From positions 552,476 through 616,475 of the forward strand of contig CAVPNL010000004.1 in assembly GCA_963706575.1 (NCBI GenBank): a stretch of 64,000 nt of DNA, read 5' to 3'. A program made the position numbers and the translations under genes. Position 1 is the first letter of the stretch. Each line of letters begins with the position of its first letter. Under the pieces are notes generated by a model. It was not told where the DNA came from. It did no database searches and saw only the letters and a list, made by a program, of their open reading frames with translations. The stretch comes from an uncultured delta proteobacterium. Its GTDB lineage: Bacteria; Desulfobacterota; Desulfobacteria; Desulfobacterales; JAHEIW01. This document shows positions 1 through 9,886 of this stretch, piece by piece.

Positions 1-88
1 GTCTCCACTGCGGGATACCGCCGCTGGCACAGCCAGTCAAAATCAGGAAACAGCATGTCAAGATAGCGCTGCGCAATAAAGAGGTCAT
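1..88 (-). CDS. Lipoprotein, N-terminal part (runs off the window edge)
   Basis: Manual translation MTSLLRSAILTCCFLILTGCASGGIPQWR; lipobox LTG-C; GGAGG RBS upstream of the ATG at 88. Confidence 0.7.
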   Translation of the reverse strand, partial: MTSLLRSAILTCCFLILTGCASGGIPQWR

Positions 89-249
89 GTTCAGATCCTC
101 CCTCAGATAATTGTTCTGCAGGGACACTTTACCTAAAAGCTTTTTTTAAACTGGGAGGACAAACATGTCAATATCTTCCTGAAAAATCGGCTGATTAAAG
201 AAAAACTGCAAAACCCCCACAGGGCCAAAAAACTGTGACTGGCTCACGA

Positions 250-567
250 TTAAACCACCGGGTACCCGGCCGATTTCCAAGCTTCCACACCGCCCTTAAC
301 GACTTTTACGTTGCTGTAGCCATCGTTTTCTAATTTTACCGCCAGACCGGCGGCACTGGCCTCCTGCGATCAGGCACAGTAAAAAATCATCTCCTGATTT
401 TTGGCAAGTCCGGGCAGTCTCGACCGGAATTCCGAAAAAGACAGTGCCCCCTCAAGGTGATTGGTTTTAAATTTGTCGGCATCGTCATATGCACAGACCA
501 GAAGCGCCTGTCCGGCAGTAACTTTTTGCCTTGCTTCCTGCGGCGAAATTCGAATTGGTTCACTCAT
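250..567 (-). CDS. Rhodanese-like selenoprotein (105 aa, UGA=Sec at 370-372)
   Basis: Track ORF 370..567 ends IFYCA-TGA. The frame continues SQEASAAGLAVKLENDGYSNVKVVKGGVEAWKSAGYPVV-TAA, which completes the rhodanese fold (GG..AW..AGYP). Confidence 0.85.
338..354 (-). promoter_or_regulatory. Putative bacterial SECIS hairpin of the rhodanese selenoprotein
   Basis: mRNA GCCGCC-GGUCU-GGCGGU begins 15 nt after the UGA; G-containing apical loop. Confidence 0.6.
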
Positions 568-688
568 TGATCGCTCCTTGGTTTATCGTAAAAAGTTCAA
601 TTTAGGTAAGAATAATATAGGCAGGATTACTCCGAAAGCAACCATGGGATTCCTATTCTCAATTGGAATGAAGGGGGGGCATTTTAAA

Positions 689-784
689 AGCATAGCGCAA
701 AGCGCATGGCGCATAGCGTAAGTGACATTAAAGGGGATGGCGAGCGTTTTTTAACGCTTTGCGCTCTGCTCTATGCGCTTAGCG
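689..784. repeat. Palindrome built from 7-mer tandem units (GCGCATA/GCGCAAA ... TTTGCGC/TATGCGC)
   Basis: agcatagcgcaaagcgcatggcgcatagcg ... cgctttgcgctctgctctatgcgct. Confidence 0.75.
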
Positions 785-792
785 TTATCTTT

Positions 793-1695
793 TTACCATC
801 GTCGATAGTGATAATGACCGGAATGCAGGGAGTGAAGAACTTCTACGGAAAATAGCAGTGCCATAGATGAGTAAAAAATCCACATTAAGATGACGATAAC
901 GGAGCTAAGGGAACCATACAATACGTTAACCTCGGTGATATGACTGATATACACGCTGAAAAGCTTCCGGGCCACGATCCACAGCAGGCAAAAGACAAAT
1001 GCTGAAATCAGTCGGTGTCGCAGCTGTATTTTTATATTCAGAAACAACTTGATGGTGATAAGATAAAAAGCGATCAGCACCATTACAGATAATACATTGA
1101 TTCGATGGGAAGTAAATGCGGTCAGGGCCATTTGGGAAATCTGATTAACATAAGGCGTACTGTTTATGGCATTTAAGATATGGGATATGACCGTTGAAAG
1201 AATAATCAGGATGAAATTGGACATAAAAAAAAGTAAGCCGGCAAAAACGCTGATAATGACATAAAACGCCTGCCCAAAAAGCAAATGCCGGGGGGGAAGC
1301 TGGAATATTTTGCGGTATGAGGTTTCAAGCGATTTGAAAAAAAGACCGCTGATGATCGGCAGCATTAAAAAATTAATGGCCTTAAAGGATCCGTAGGCAT
1401 CCGGGTTAATAACATGGGATTTGATCCAATTCTTGGTTACGAAGGGAATGATATGATTTATTTCTTCGGCAAGGACCTCAGAAATATTGCCGCTAAAGGC
1501 GCTATTGGCAATAAAGAAACCTTTAATCAGATCAAAAATCAGAATACTTAAAGTGGAAAACGGAATGATCGATAGTAAAAAAACAAAAGACACCGATAAT
1601 GACAGCGTCACACAGTCATCTTTATCAAATTTGTTTAAAGCGGCTGAAAACAAATTGTATCCCGGGATGTTTAGCCGTAAAACTCGTGTTTTCAT
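793..1695 (-). CDS. YihY/virulence factor BrkB family membrane protein
   Basis: Multi-TM protein; SIIPF motif and C-terminal YGSLSSVIVILMWIFYSS. Confidence 0.85.
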   Translation of the reverse strand: MKTRVLRLNIPGYNLFSAALNKFDKDDCVTLSLSVSFVFLLSIIPFSTLSILIFDLIKGFFIANSAFSGNISEVLAEEINHIIPFVTKNWIKSHVINPDAYGSFKAINFLMLPIISGLFFKSLETSYRKIFQLPPRHLLFGQAFYVIISVFAGLLFFMSNFILIILSTVISHILNAINSTPYVNQISQMALTAFTSHRINVLSVMVLIAFYLITIKLFLNIKIQLRHRLISAFVFCLLWIVARKLFSVYISHITEVNVLYGSLSSVIVILMWIFYSSMALLFSVEVLHSLHSGHYHYRRW

Positions 1696-1757
1696 TACCC
1701 TTATCGGTGACCTCCAACCGGAGGCACCCGCCCCCCTCGGATGTATTTCAGCCGATT

Positions 1758-1988
1758 CTAACTTTCCATGAGTTCGGCTGTCAGATCTTCACGCACGTCA
1801 TAATCAAGTGATTTTATGCTGGGAAATAGGTCAACGAGGATTTTTTTTGTTTTTTCGATGCCGCTGATCGCCTGATACATCTTGTTGTTTTCGGCTTTGG
1901 TCAGATCCAGTTGTCCGCTAATTTCATCAATGTCATCCAGTATAAAATCCAATTCGTTGATGACTCGTAGAAAATCCTGAGTCTCCAT
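1758..1988 (-). CDS. Small acidic hypothetical protein (METQDFLRVINELD...)
   Basis: ORF track 1758..2036; start moved to METQ after the AAGGAGG RBS. Confidence 0.7.
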   Translation of the reverse strand: METQDFLRVINELDFILDDIDEISGQLDLTKAENNKMYQAISGIEKTKKILVDLFPSIKSLDYDVREDLTAELMES

Positions 1989-2059
1989 AGTTGCCTCCTT
2001 TTTTTGAGTCCCCCCTACCAGGAAATTTATCGGCAACTACAGGAAAAACTTAAGCATTT

Positions 2060-2698
2060 TTATTTCATAATCCTGGAATGCGGATGTTTCTTAACCCATT
2101 GTTTCCATTGGGTGTCCTCAAAGGCCAGCTTGGAGAGCTGTCTTTTAAAATAAACGCCCTGGATGCTCATCAGCCCTTGAGCGTTCGGATACCACAACGA
2201 ACCGGTTTCTTTATCATATAAAACAAAGGTGCTGTCATAGGTCCAGCCTGCAGGCACCAGCGTTATATTGCGACCGTCGATCTGGCGGCTGTACACAGCC
2301 GCTAAATTTACAAGTGGTCAGTAAGCCGCTGCAATGGGACGGTCGCCGATAAAGCTGTTGGCCACCTCGTGGCGCCAGAGTTTTGATACAGCGTAAGCGT
2401 TGGCATGTTCGCCTTCGTTGATGCCGATAACGCGTTCGTTACGCCGCACCCCGGAGTTATCTCTGTTAAACTGTGAATCATCAAGCGGTGTAAATGCATT
2501 ACGCCCGATTCCGTGTTGAAAACGCTGGGGCTCAAAACCAATCGACACGGCCTGGGTAACATCCCAGCGCTCGCCATGCTGATCGACAATATAGGTTTTG
2601 CCTTTTTCCTCGATGACGCTGGAAAATGCCTGGCTCAGGGCAATGACCAGAATCAGTCCCAATAAAATTATCTTTAAAATTATCAATTTTCGAAACAT
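2060..2698 (-). CDS. DUF3179-type secreted selenoprotein (212 aa, UGA=Sec at 2318-2320)
   Basis: Track ORFs 2318..2731 and 2060..2296 are in the same frame and joined by AAAY-TGA-PLVNLAAVYSRQIDG, which matches the DUF3179 (T/A)YCPL motif. Also HEVAN and YDKETGSLW motifs, a signal peptide, and a GGGAGG RBS before the ATG at 2698. Confidence 0.85.
2285..2302 (-). promoter_or_regulatory. Putative SECIS hairpin of the DUF3179 selenoprotein
   Basis: Perfect 7-bp stem GCGGCUG-UGUA-CAGCCGC starting 15 nt after the UGA. Confidence 0.7.
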
Positions 2699-2781
2699 AT
2701 TGGACCTCCCCAAAAAAAAATAAGGTTTCAAACAAAAAATTTCCCCAGAAATTGGTCGGCTATACGCCTTTATTCTTACAA

Positions 2782-2888
2782 TTCAGGTTTCAGGTGTCAG
2801 TGTTCAGGTGTCAGTTTTACGAACCTGATGACAGGAGAATTATCTGATTCCGCACTCTATCATCTGTTTGCTGACACCTGAAACCCGA
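2782..2888. repeat. Palindrome built from 7-mer tandem units (TCAGGTG ... CACCTGA)
   Basis: ttcaggtttcaggtgtcagtgttcaggtgtcag ... ctgacacctgaaacccga. Confidence 0.7.
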
Positions 2889-3166
2889 TGCCGAATTAGC
2901 ACGTGAGGTGGAACGCGGCTGCCACATCCCTGCCCACAGCAACCAAGTGATCAAAATAAAATTAATCAAGTCTCGACAAAGGCGGCACCTAAAATTGCTT
3001 TCCACAAGATTATGTGCTTTAACAGGAACACTTCTGATTATTTTCGCCAATGAAACGAATATGTTGGCGGGGTCGGTGATATACATGACCACCCAAAATT
3101 TAAATATCGATTTAAACAAAAAGGTGCCGTTTGATCTGGTGCGTTCGTGGGTAAAAGGAGAGTGAG

Positions 3167-4099
3167 GTGACTGAAAGCATAGATTTTGATGGTGCAGGTA
3201 TCGCAGATCAACTGGCCGGGGTGGCAGGCATCGAGGTAAAAACTGATGAAATGATCGCGCCCTATACCACCTATAGAATTGGCGGTCCGGCAGCGATCTG
3301 GGCTGCTCCCGCAAGCGAGGACGGTATCGGTGAGGTGCTCGCGATCGTGCGCGAGACCGGCATCCCTATGTTTATCCTGGGTCACGGCTCGAATTTATTA
3401 GTTTCAGATAAAGGCTGGCCGGGGGTCATACTTTATCTGGGCGCCAATCTCAGCGGATGGCGTTTTGATAACACACGGGCCACCGTCATGGCCGGCACGC
3501 GTTTGCTGGACCTGATCCAGGATGCGGTTGACCAGGGGCTCGGCGGTATGGAACTGATGGCTGGAATCCCCGGTGGCGTTGGTGGAGCGCTACGGATGAA
3601 CGCGGGAGCTTTCGGACAGGAAATCGAGCAGACAACGGTTGCGGTAAAAGGTTTCCGAATGGACGGCACGCCTTTTGAGGCCGCCAGAAAAGAAATTAAT
3701 TTCAGCTATCGGCGGGTTCCGCAGCTGGAGCGGGTGGTGATCACCTCCGGGGAATTCCGCTTTAAAAAAACAGCTGCCAGCATATTAAAGCAACGGATGA
3801 ATGATATCCTGGAATTACGCGCAAAAAAACAACCATTGAATTACCCTTCATGCGGCAGTGTTTTCAAGCGCCCTCCGGGTTATTATGCAGGCGCATTAAT
3901 CGAAGAAGCCGGCTTGAAGGGTGAACGCGTCGGTGATGCCATAATCAGTCCCAAACATGCCGGATTTATCCTGAACACCGGCAAGGCGAGCGCCGCCGAT
4001 GTCTTCAGCCTGATCCGCAGAATCGAAGATAAGGTATGGGAGCGGTTTGGCGTAAAGCTTGAGAGGGAAGTAAAGCTCATCGGTGAGTTTAACGATTAA
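3167..4099 (+). CDS. murB: UDP-N-acetylenolpyruvoylglucosamine reductase
   Basis: TTYRIGGPA, GHGSNLL, GIPGGVGGALRMNAGAFG, SCGSVFKRP, KHAGF, LEREV motifs. Confidence 0.97.
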   Translation: MTESIDFDGAGIADQLAGVAGIEVKTDEMIAPYTTYRIGGPAAIWAAPASEDGIGEVLAIVRETGIPMFILGHGSNLLVSDKGWPGVILYLGANLSGWRFDNTRATVMAGTRLLDLIQDAVDQGLGGMELMAGIPGGVGGALRMNAGAFGQEIEQTTVAVKGFRMDGTPFEAARKEINFSYRRVPQLERVVITSGEFRFKKTAASILKQRMNDILELRAKKQPLNYPSCGSVFKRPPGYYAGALIEEAGLKGERVGDAIISPKHAGFILNTGKASAADVFSLIRRIEDKVWERFGVKLEREVKLIGEFND

Positions 4100-4131
4100 A
4101 AAAAAGCTTCAGGATTATAAAAATAAAAATA

Positions 4132-4211
4132 CACCACGAAGATCACGAAGTACACAAAGAATGATTTAAAAATAATTGAAATCCTTCGTGAACTTCGTGC
4201 TCTTTGTGGTG
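4132..4211. repeat. Palindrome built from 9-mer tandem units (CACGAAGNN ... CTTCGTG)
   Basis: caccacgaagatcacgaagtacacaaag ... cttcgtgaacttcgtgctctttgtggtg; related copy at 9763-9851. Confidence 0.8.
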
Positions 4212-4224
4212 ATATAAATACAAA

Positions 4225-5556
4225 ATGAAATCTGACCCCCCCCGGAACAACCGGCAGCTCACTCGATTTTTCATCCCGCTGGCACTTCAAGCGGCATCTC
4301 AGGCCCTTTCCTATCCCCTGATAGCGATGGTTGCCTCGCGCGGCCCCGGCGGTCCGCTGAACCTTGCCGGGCTGGCCCAATCCACCACTATAATGATCTT
4401 TCTAGGAATGTTCTGCATCTCCTATGTCACGACGGGTATGATTTATGCCACTTCCCGGGAAGGCTATCAAAAATTTAGGAATATCGTCCTGATGACAGGT
4501 TTCGGTGTGATTACTGTTCAGGCCGCCCTGTGTATTCCCTGGCTTTCGCACCTGCTGTTCGGCAATTTGATCGGGCTTCCGCCTTCGATCGCATCACCGG
4601 CAAAAATCACGCTGCTGGCCACCATCCCGGTCCAGTTTTTATTCTTTCTGCGCACCCCCTATCTCGTCGTTATGTACATTGGCAGAGCCACTGGAAAGGC
4701 CAGTCTGGCAACCATAGCCCGAATTGTCGTAACCGCCGCCCTCTCCCCGCTTTTCTGTCTTATGGATCTGGTGGGGCCGGTCTGGGCAGTGGTCTGCCTG
4801 ACGTTGCCTGCAGCCCTCGAATGCCTGCTGGCGAGATTATTTGCCCATCCATTTCTAAAAAGACTGAAATCTTCAACGACAACTCCGCCGGGGGCCGGTG
4901 AAATTTTCTTCTTCAATCTACCGCTGTCAATCGGCGGTTATTTACTGACTGCTTCGGCGATCATCATGGGTGCATTTATCGCCAGAGCGCCGGATCCCGA
5001 GCGCGTATTGCCGATCTGCTATCTGGCTCTGGGGCTGGCCAATCCGGTTGCATTTGCGGCAACGCGCATCCAGACAATGGTCCTGGCATTTCCACCGGCC
5101 GACCTCAAAGATCGCCTGACGTTTCGATTTGCTCTGGGAGCCGGAGTGGTTTTGGGGCTGCTGCCGCTGATTTTTATTCTACCCGGTCTGATTGAATTGT
5201 ATTACATCACCTTGCAAAAATTGAAGCCGGCCGATATGGGACTGGTCAGGATCACTGCCATCGGCTTGATATTTTATCCCTTTAGTGTGGCTATCCGGGC
5301 GCAAAGTGAAGGGCTCGCTGCCTGGTTAAAAAGACCCACAACGGTGATGGCCGGACATACGATCTTCCTGGCAACCATTATCGCCTCCGGCTTCCTTTTG
5401 CTTTTGCTGGGTGCTCCCGGATTTATCATCTGTGCGGCGATACTGCCCGCGGGAAGTCTGGCTTCCTCACTCACCATGCGGGCATTGATGAGCCGATCCA
5501 GGCCAAAGCCCACACCCGTCGCCCCGACAACGACCTCGGTGGGGCATGTAAGGTGA
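4225..5556 (+). CDS. Polytopic membrane protein, MATE/ANKH-like fold
   Basis: About 12 hydrophobic segments; N-terminal FFIPLALQAASQ and a two-fold internal architecture. Confidence 0.6.
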   Translation: MKSDPPRNNRQLTRFFIPLALQAASQALSYPLIAMVASRGPGGPLNLAGLAQSTTIMIFLGMFCISYVTTGMIYATSREGYQKFRNIVLMTGFGVITVQAALCIPWLSHLLFGNLIGLPPSIASPAKITLLATIPVQFLFFLRTPYLVVMYIGRATGKASLATIARIVVTAALSPLFCLMDLVGPVWAVVCLTLPAALECLLARLFAHPFLKRLKSSTTTPPGAGEIFFFNLPLSIGGYLLTASAIIMGAFIARAPDPERVLPICYLALGLANPVAFAATRIQTMVLAFPPADLKDRLTFRFALGAGVVLGLLPLIFILPGLIELYYITLQKLKPADMGLVRITAIGLIFYPFSVAIRAQSEGLAAWLKRPTTVMAGHTIFLATIIASGFLLLLLGAPGFIICAAILPAGSLASSLTMRALMSRSRPKPTPVAPTTTSVGHVR

Positions 5557-5598
5557 GCTGCCAGGATGATATGTCGAGGGCTCTGAAATGAGTTTTAT

Positions 5599-5825
5599 TA
5601 GAACCCATCTCAAAAATAGGATTTTGGTTCAAGATTCCGTCTTCGCCTAAAGGCTTCGCCGAGAAACGCGCGGCGGGGCCGAGCTTTTCCCGCTAAGCGG
5701 GACTTCCCACCTGATCTTAAAATCGTTGTGGGTCGAAACCGGAGGCATACTGTTGTATGTCGAGGATTTAAAGCGAGGCACCAACAAAGATATTGGGCCA
5801 AAAGACATTTTTGAGATGGGTTCTA
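5599..5825. mobile_element. MITE-like element, copy 1 (19-bp terminal inverted repeats)
   Basis: TAGAACCCATCTCAAAAAT ... ATTTTTGAGATGGGTTCTA; body shared with 16927-17120. Confidence 0.85.
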
Positions 5826-6020
5826 GGCGTCTTCCCAGAAAATGCACTCCACCGGACACGTCTCGATGGCTTCTTCAATACAGTCCTCCGGCCCGCCTTC
5901 GGGCAGGATGACCTCTGCTTTTTCCTCAGCTTCGTTAAACGCAAAGACCTCTGAGCAAAGTTCCACGCAGCTTTCACATCCGATACATTCATCGGCGTCG
6001 ATAACAACTCGTTTGGCCAT
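5823..6020 (-). CDS. Ferredoxin (4Fe-4S, small monocluster type)
   Basis: [22 protein letters not shown]...ETCPVECI; AAGGAG RBS. Confidence 0.93.
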   Translation of the reverse strand: MAKRVVIDADECIGCESCVELCSEVFAFNEAEEKAEVILPEGGPEDCIEEAIETCPVECIFWEDA

Positions 6021-6320
6021 AGTTGGATCTCCTTTTTGTGAGTTTTTAAGTAAATGATTTTGCTGTAGCCCAAATTGAATTCTTAAGATAATGTTTGCCA
6101 CCGTAAAAGCAAGAAAATTAGCGTAATCATTCAGCAACTTGCATTCAGATGGGCACGAATCGGCCTAAATGCCCTCCCATATCGCCGGGCAATAAACAAA
6201 CAATTGAATTCCTGCTTGCCCTTTGCGCCTAAAATACAGTATCCAACATCGTGCATCGTACAACAACAATCATTATAGTCGATAGGCCCGATACCCCATA
6301 ATAATCAGTAGCTGAATACC

Positions 6321-7553
6321 ATGAAACTTTTCAATATCCTGGCCATCTTGATAACACTGTCTGCGGGCTTCAGCTATATTAACCATCGCTTTATCCGGTT
6401 GCCGACCACCATCGGTCTGATGACAATAGCCCTTCTGGCTTCGCTGGGGCTGATCGCTTTGGGGCCGCTGGGGTTTGGCTTAAAAGAAGATGCCCGCCTT
6501 TTTCTCAACAGCATTGATTTCGATGAAACCTTACTCCACGGCATGCTCAGCTTTTTACTGTTTGCCGGGGCCTTACATGTCAACCTGGCAGACCTGGCCA
6601 GACAAAAATATATCATCGGCACTCTGGCAACTCTGGGAGTCATCGGATCTACCTTTATTATCGGATTTGCCAGCTGGTGGCTTCTGGGCTGGCTGGGTAT
6701 TGAATTGCCTTTCATATACTGCCTTTTGTTCGGTGCCCTGATCTCACCCACAGACCCGATAGCGGTAATGGGTATCTTAAAAAGGGCCGGCGTACCGGAA
6801 AGTCTTGAAACCAAAATTACCGGCGAATCGTTATTCAATGACGGTGTCGCTGTCGTGGTATTTCTGGTTATACTGGAAATAGCGACCGGAACCCAAGGAA
6901 TCACTGCCGCTTCAGTGGCGGCTTTGTTCTTGAAAGAGGTGGTGGGTGGATTGATTTTCGGGTTGCTGATCGGGGCCATTGCTTATTGGATGCTCAAAAG
7001 TGTGGAGAACTATCAGGTAGAGATCCTGATTACCCTGGCACTGGTAACCGGCGGTTTTGCACTCGCCGATGTGCTGCACCTTTCCGGCCCGATTGCCATT
7101 GTTGTGGCCGGGTTGCTGATCGGCAATCACGGACGCATGCTGGCAATGTCCGACGAGGTCCGCGATCATCTTGATAAATTCTGGGAACTGGTTGATGAAA
7201 TCTTAAATGGGGTGCTCTTTGTGCTGATCGGCCTTGAGGTTTTGATTCTAACCTTTAACCGGGCTTACATTTTAGCAGGAATCATTCTTATTCCCCTTTT
7301 ACTGGCCGTTCGTTTTGTCTGTGTTGGAATACCGGTGGTAATTCTGAAGCGTTTCCGCACCTTCAGCCCTCATGTGATCAAAATCCTCACCTGGGGAGGC
7401 CTGCGGGGCGGCATTTCGGTTGCCCTGGCATTGTCCCTGCCGGCCGGTGAAAATCGCGAAGCCATTCTGGCGGTCACCTATGCCATTGTTGTATTTTCCA
7501 TCATCGTCCAGGGTCTGACCATCGGCAAGCTCGTGAAATCAAAAGAACCTTAG
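6321..7553 (+). CDS. nhaP: Na+/H+ antiporter, CPA1 family
   Basis: ISPTDPIAV, GESLFNDG, WGGLRGGISVALAL motifs. Confidence 0.93.
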   Translation: MKLFNILAILITLSAGFSYINHRFIRLPTTIGLMTIALLASLGLIALGPLGFGLKEDARLFLNSIDFDETLLHGMLSFLLFAGALHVNLADLARQKYIIGTLATLGVIGSTFIIGFASWWLLGWLGIELPFIYCLLFGALISPTDPIAVMGILKRAGVPESLETKITGESLFNDGVAVVVFLVILEIATGTQGITAASVAALFLKEVVGGLIFGLLIGAIAYWMLKSVENYQVEILITLALVTGGFALADVLHLSGPIAIVVAGLLIGNHGRMLAMSDEVRDHLDKFWELVDEILNGVLFVLIGLEVLILTFNRAYILAGIILIPLLLAVRFVCVGIPVVILKRFRTFSPHVIKILTWGGLRGGISVALALSLPAGENREAILAVTYAIVVFSIIVQGLTIGKLVKSKEP

Positions 7554-7561
7554 ACTTTTAA

Positions 7562-7670
7562 AAATCAAATTTCTTGTACAAATTCATACAAAAAGATCGC
7601 CTGCTGAATTTGGGCCGAAATCTCGCTACGGCAAAATATTCATCATATTGTATGAATTCGTAAAACGATT
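7562..7670. repeat. Long imperfect inverted repeat (~110 bp) downstream of nhaP
   Basis: aaatc..ttgtacaaattcatacaa..gaatttgggccg pairs with cggcaaaatattc..ttgtatgaattcgtaaaacgattt. Confidence 0.55.
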
Positions 7671-7860
7671 TCAGGATTCCTGGCAAACCCTCAAAACCAC
7701 GGGAAACAACGACCCCAAACAAGTTGCGTTATGCGTTTCGATCTGGTAGGCTGCGCCTTTAATTTATTGGTGATCATAATCCGGGTTGTTTTGCAGTTGA
7801 TCATTAAGCCAAGATTGCATGACAATTTGACAAACACAGGCAGTTTAAGGAGACCCAAGA

Positions 7861-8226
7861 ATGGCTGAAGAGCAAAATCCACAGGCGGAATTGAAGATCG
7901 ATAGAAGCAATCTTTATAGAGAAGAAACTTTCACGGATCTTAAAGTGGGAATGATCAAACGGATGACACCCGTTAAGTCCGACGGTGCTGACGATAAAAC
8001 CCGAAAATCGGTTTTCGTGGGCCAAACCTCCCTGATGACACCCGGAGGGCCTTTGCCGCTTCAGGCGGTCATTCAGGCCAAGGATCTGCAGCAGGCGATT
8101 AAAAAATTCCCGGAGGCCATGAAGGTGGCAATGGATCGGCTGGCCGAGGAAGCCAAAAAATATCAGCAACAGGAACAGAGGCGTGCTGAACAATCGGAAT
8201 CCCGCATTATCGTGCCCGGCAGATAA
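7861..8226 (+). CDS. Conserved hypothetical cytoplasmic protein
   Basis: AAGGAG RBS; NLYREETFTDLKVG...SRIIVPGR pattern. Confidence 0.8.
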   Translation: MAEEQNPQAELKIDRSNLYREETFTDLKVGMIKRMTPVKSDGADDKTRKSVFVGQTSLMTPGGPLPLQAVIQAKDLQQAIKKFPEAMKVAMDRLAEEAKKYQQQEQRRAEQSESRIIVPGR

Positions 8227-8496
8227 ACCAAGGAATTTTGGCGTATTCAGATGAAAGGCATCGCAATCTAAGGTGCCTTCTTCTTTTTTCAATCAACTGC
8301 TTCTCGGACAAAAGATACCGCCCGACCCAAGTTACTAGATTGAAAATTTTTCACCTTTCTTACTAGGTATTTTCTAGTAAGTTTATTAGCAGATCTATCT
8401 TTATAGGCCAAAATGCATCATTTAATCCAAGCTCAGGGATAGTCTGTTTTATTTTTGGAAATTAATAAAACCCGCATGTCGCCCGGGAGAACAACC

Positions 8497-9741
8497 ATGT
8501 CCTTTTTAAAAATATTTTCGGGGAAGACCCCTGAAGCGCACGAACAAAAGGGTGATGAGCTGTTTGCGGATGATCTTTGGGGTAAAGCCAAGGTCGAATA
8601 CGAACGGGCCCTGGACAAATTAGACAAGGCCGTCCCGCAAAACGATAATCTAAAATTCCGGCTCCAGGAAAAAATCCAACGCACAAAAGCATCCCTGGCC
8701 CATAGCCACAAACACAATGCAGATGACATGCTGGAAGCTGGCTTTTACCATGACGCGCGCGAATTGTACACACTGGCCCTGGAGCTTACCGAAGACGTCC
8801 AGCTTAAAACGGATCTGGCAGAAAAGCTTGAACAGCTCGATTTTAAGATGAGCAAAGAAGTTGAAGAAACGTACGTGGATTATGACGCTGACGAGGAGCA
8901 GGCCGGAGAGGAACAACCTATAGAACCAAACGGACAGGGTGACGAATATTTCACGGCATTGTGCGGGACGTTGCCCGCGGATGTTCAAAAAGCATATCGC
9001 CGCTATGGTGATAATTTCAAAAAGGGGTATCTGGCTTTGAACCAGGGTGATTTTGCCGAGGCGGCGGCTTTTTTGAGCACGGCTATGGAAGAAAATCCAA
9101 CAGCCGACAGCTATATCCCGCTGGAGCTGGCTACAGCCTATTTAAATCTGCAAAAGCACCCGGAAGCGCGACAGCTGCTGGAAACATTTATAGAAGACCA
9201 GCCCCAGGCGTTGCCCGCCTACCAACTTCTGTGCGAAATCTATTGGGAGACCGGCGCGTTTGATCAGGCCGATGCCCTTCTGGATTCGGTGCCCGCAGAG
9301 CTGACCGACTCCGTAGCGGTGTTTATCTTAAAAGGGGAGACACTGTTTCACTCCGGAAATCACAGCGGGGCAAAGGAATTATATCAAAACTTTTTCAAGA
9401 CCTATAGCTGGAACGAGGCGGTTGCCCGGGCGCTGGCCAAAACCCATGAGGCCCTCAACGAGTTTGCCAATGCCCGCAATCTGTACCGCAACATAATGGA
9501 TGAATGCCGCAGCTGTCATGCCCGCATCGACCCGTTTATCAAACAACGTTACGCGGATCTTTGCTTTGATTCCGGAATGCTGAATACCGATATCTTGGAT
9601 CTGTATATTTCCCTGGCCCAGGAAATCCCCGACAATGCCGCCGCGTATTATGAAAAGGTCAGCCGCATCTATGCCGCCCAGGGTAACCATACTGAGGCCG
9701 GAAGATTCCGCGCCATCGCCGAAAAAATGGCCCAACAATAA
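8497..9741 (+). CDS. Tetratricopeptide repeat protein
   Basis: Repeated helical TPR-like segments; start MSFLK after GGGAG. Confidence 0.8.
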   Translation: MSFLKIFSGKTPEAHEQKGDELFADDLWGKAKVEYERALDKLDKAVPQNDNLKFRLQEKIQRTKASLAHSHKHNADDMLEAGFYHDARELYTLALELTEDVQLKTDLAEKLEQLDFKMSKEVEETYVDYDADEEQAGEEQPIEPNGQGDEYFTALCGTLPADVQKAYRRYGDNFKKGYLALNQGDFAEAAAFLSTAMEENPTADSYIPLELATAYLNLQKHPEARQLLETFIEDQPQALPAYQLLCEIYWETGAFDQADALLDSVPAELTDSVAVFILKGETLFHSGNHSGAKELYQNFFKTYSWNEAVARALAKTHEALNEFANARNLYRNIMDECRSCHARIDPFIKQRYADLCFDSGMLNTDILDLYISLAQEIPDNAAAYYEKVSRIYAAQGNHTEAGRFRAIAEKMAQQ

Positions 9742-9762
9742 CAGGTGTTTGAGATGTTTATA

Positions 9763-9851
9763 TTTTACCACGAAGTTCACAAAGGACATGAAATAAGAAA
9801 TCTAAATTATTTACAGCAATCTTTTTGCTCTTCGTGATCTTTGTGGTAAAA
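9763..9851. repeat. Palindrome built from 9-mer tandem units, same family as 4132-4211
   Basis: ttttaccacgaagttcacaaaggac ... tcttcgtgatctttgtggtaaaa. Confidence 0.75.
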
Positions 9852-9886
9852 AAAACCTGGTTAAATAGAAGCTAAAGCGTAAATAC

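Noticed and set aside
5610-5911. Short track ORFs over the MITE (also 16698..17012)
   Set aside because: They are translations of a non-coding repeated element; no transposase motifs.
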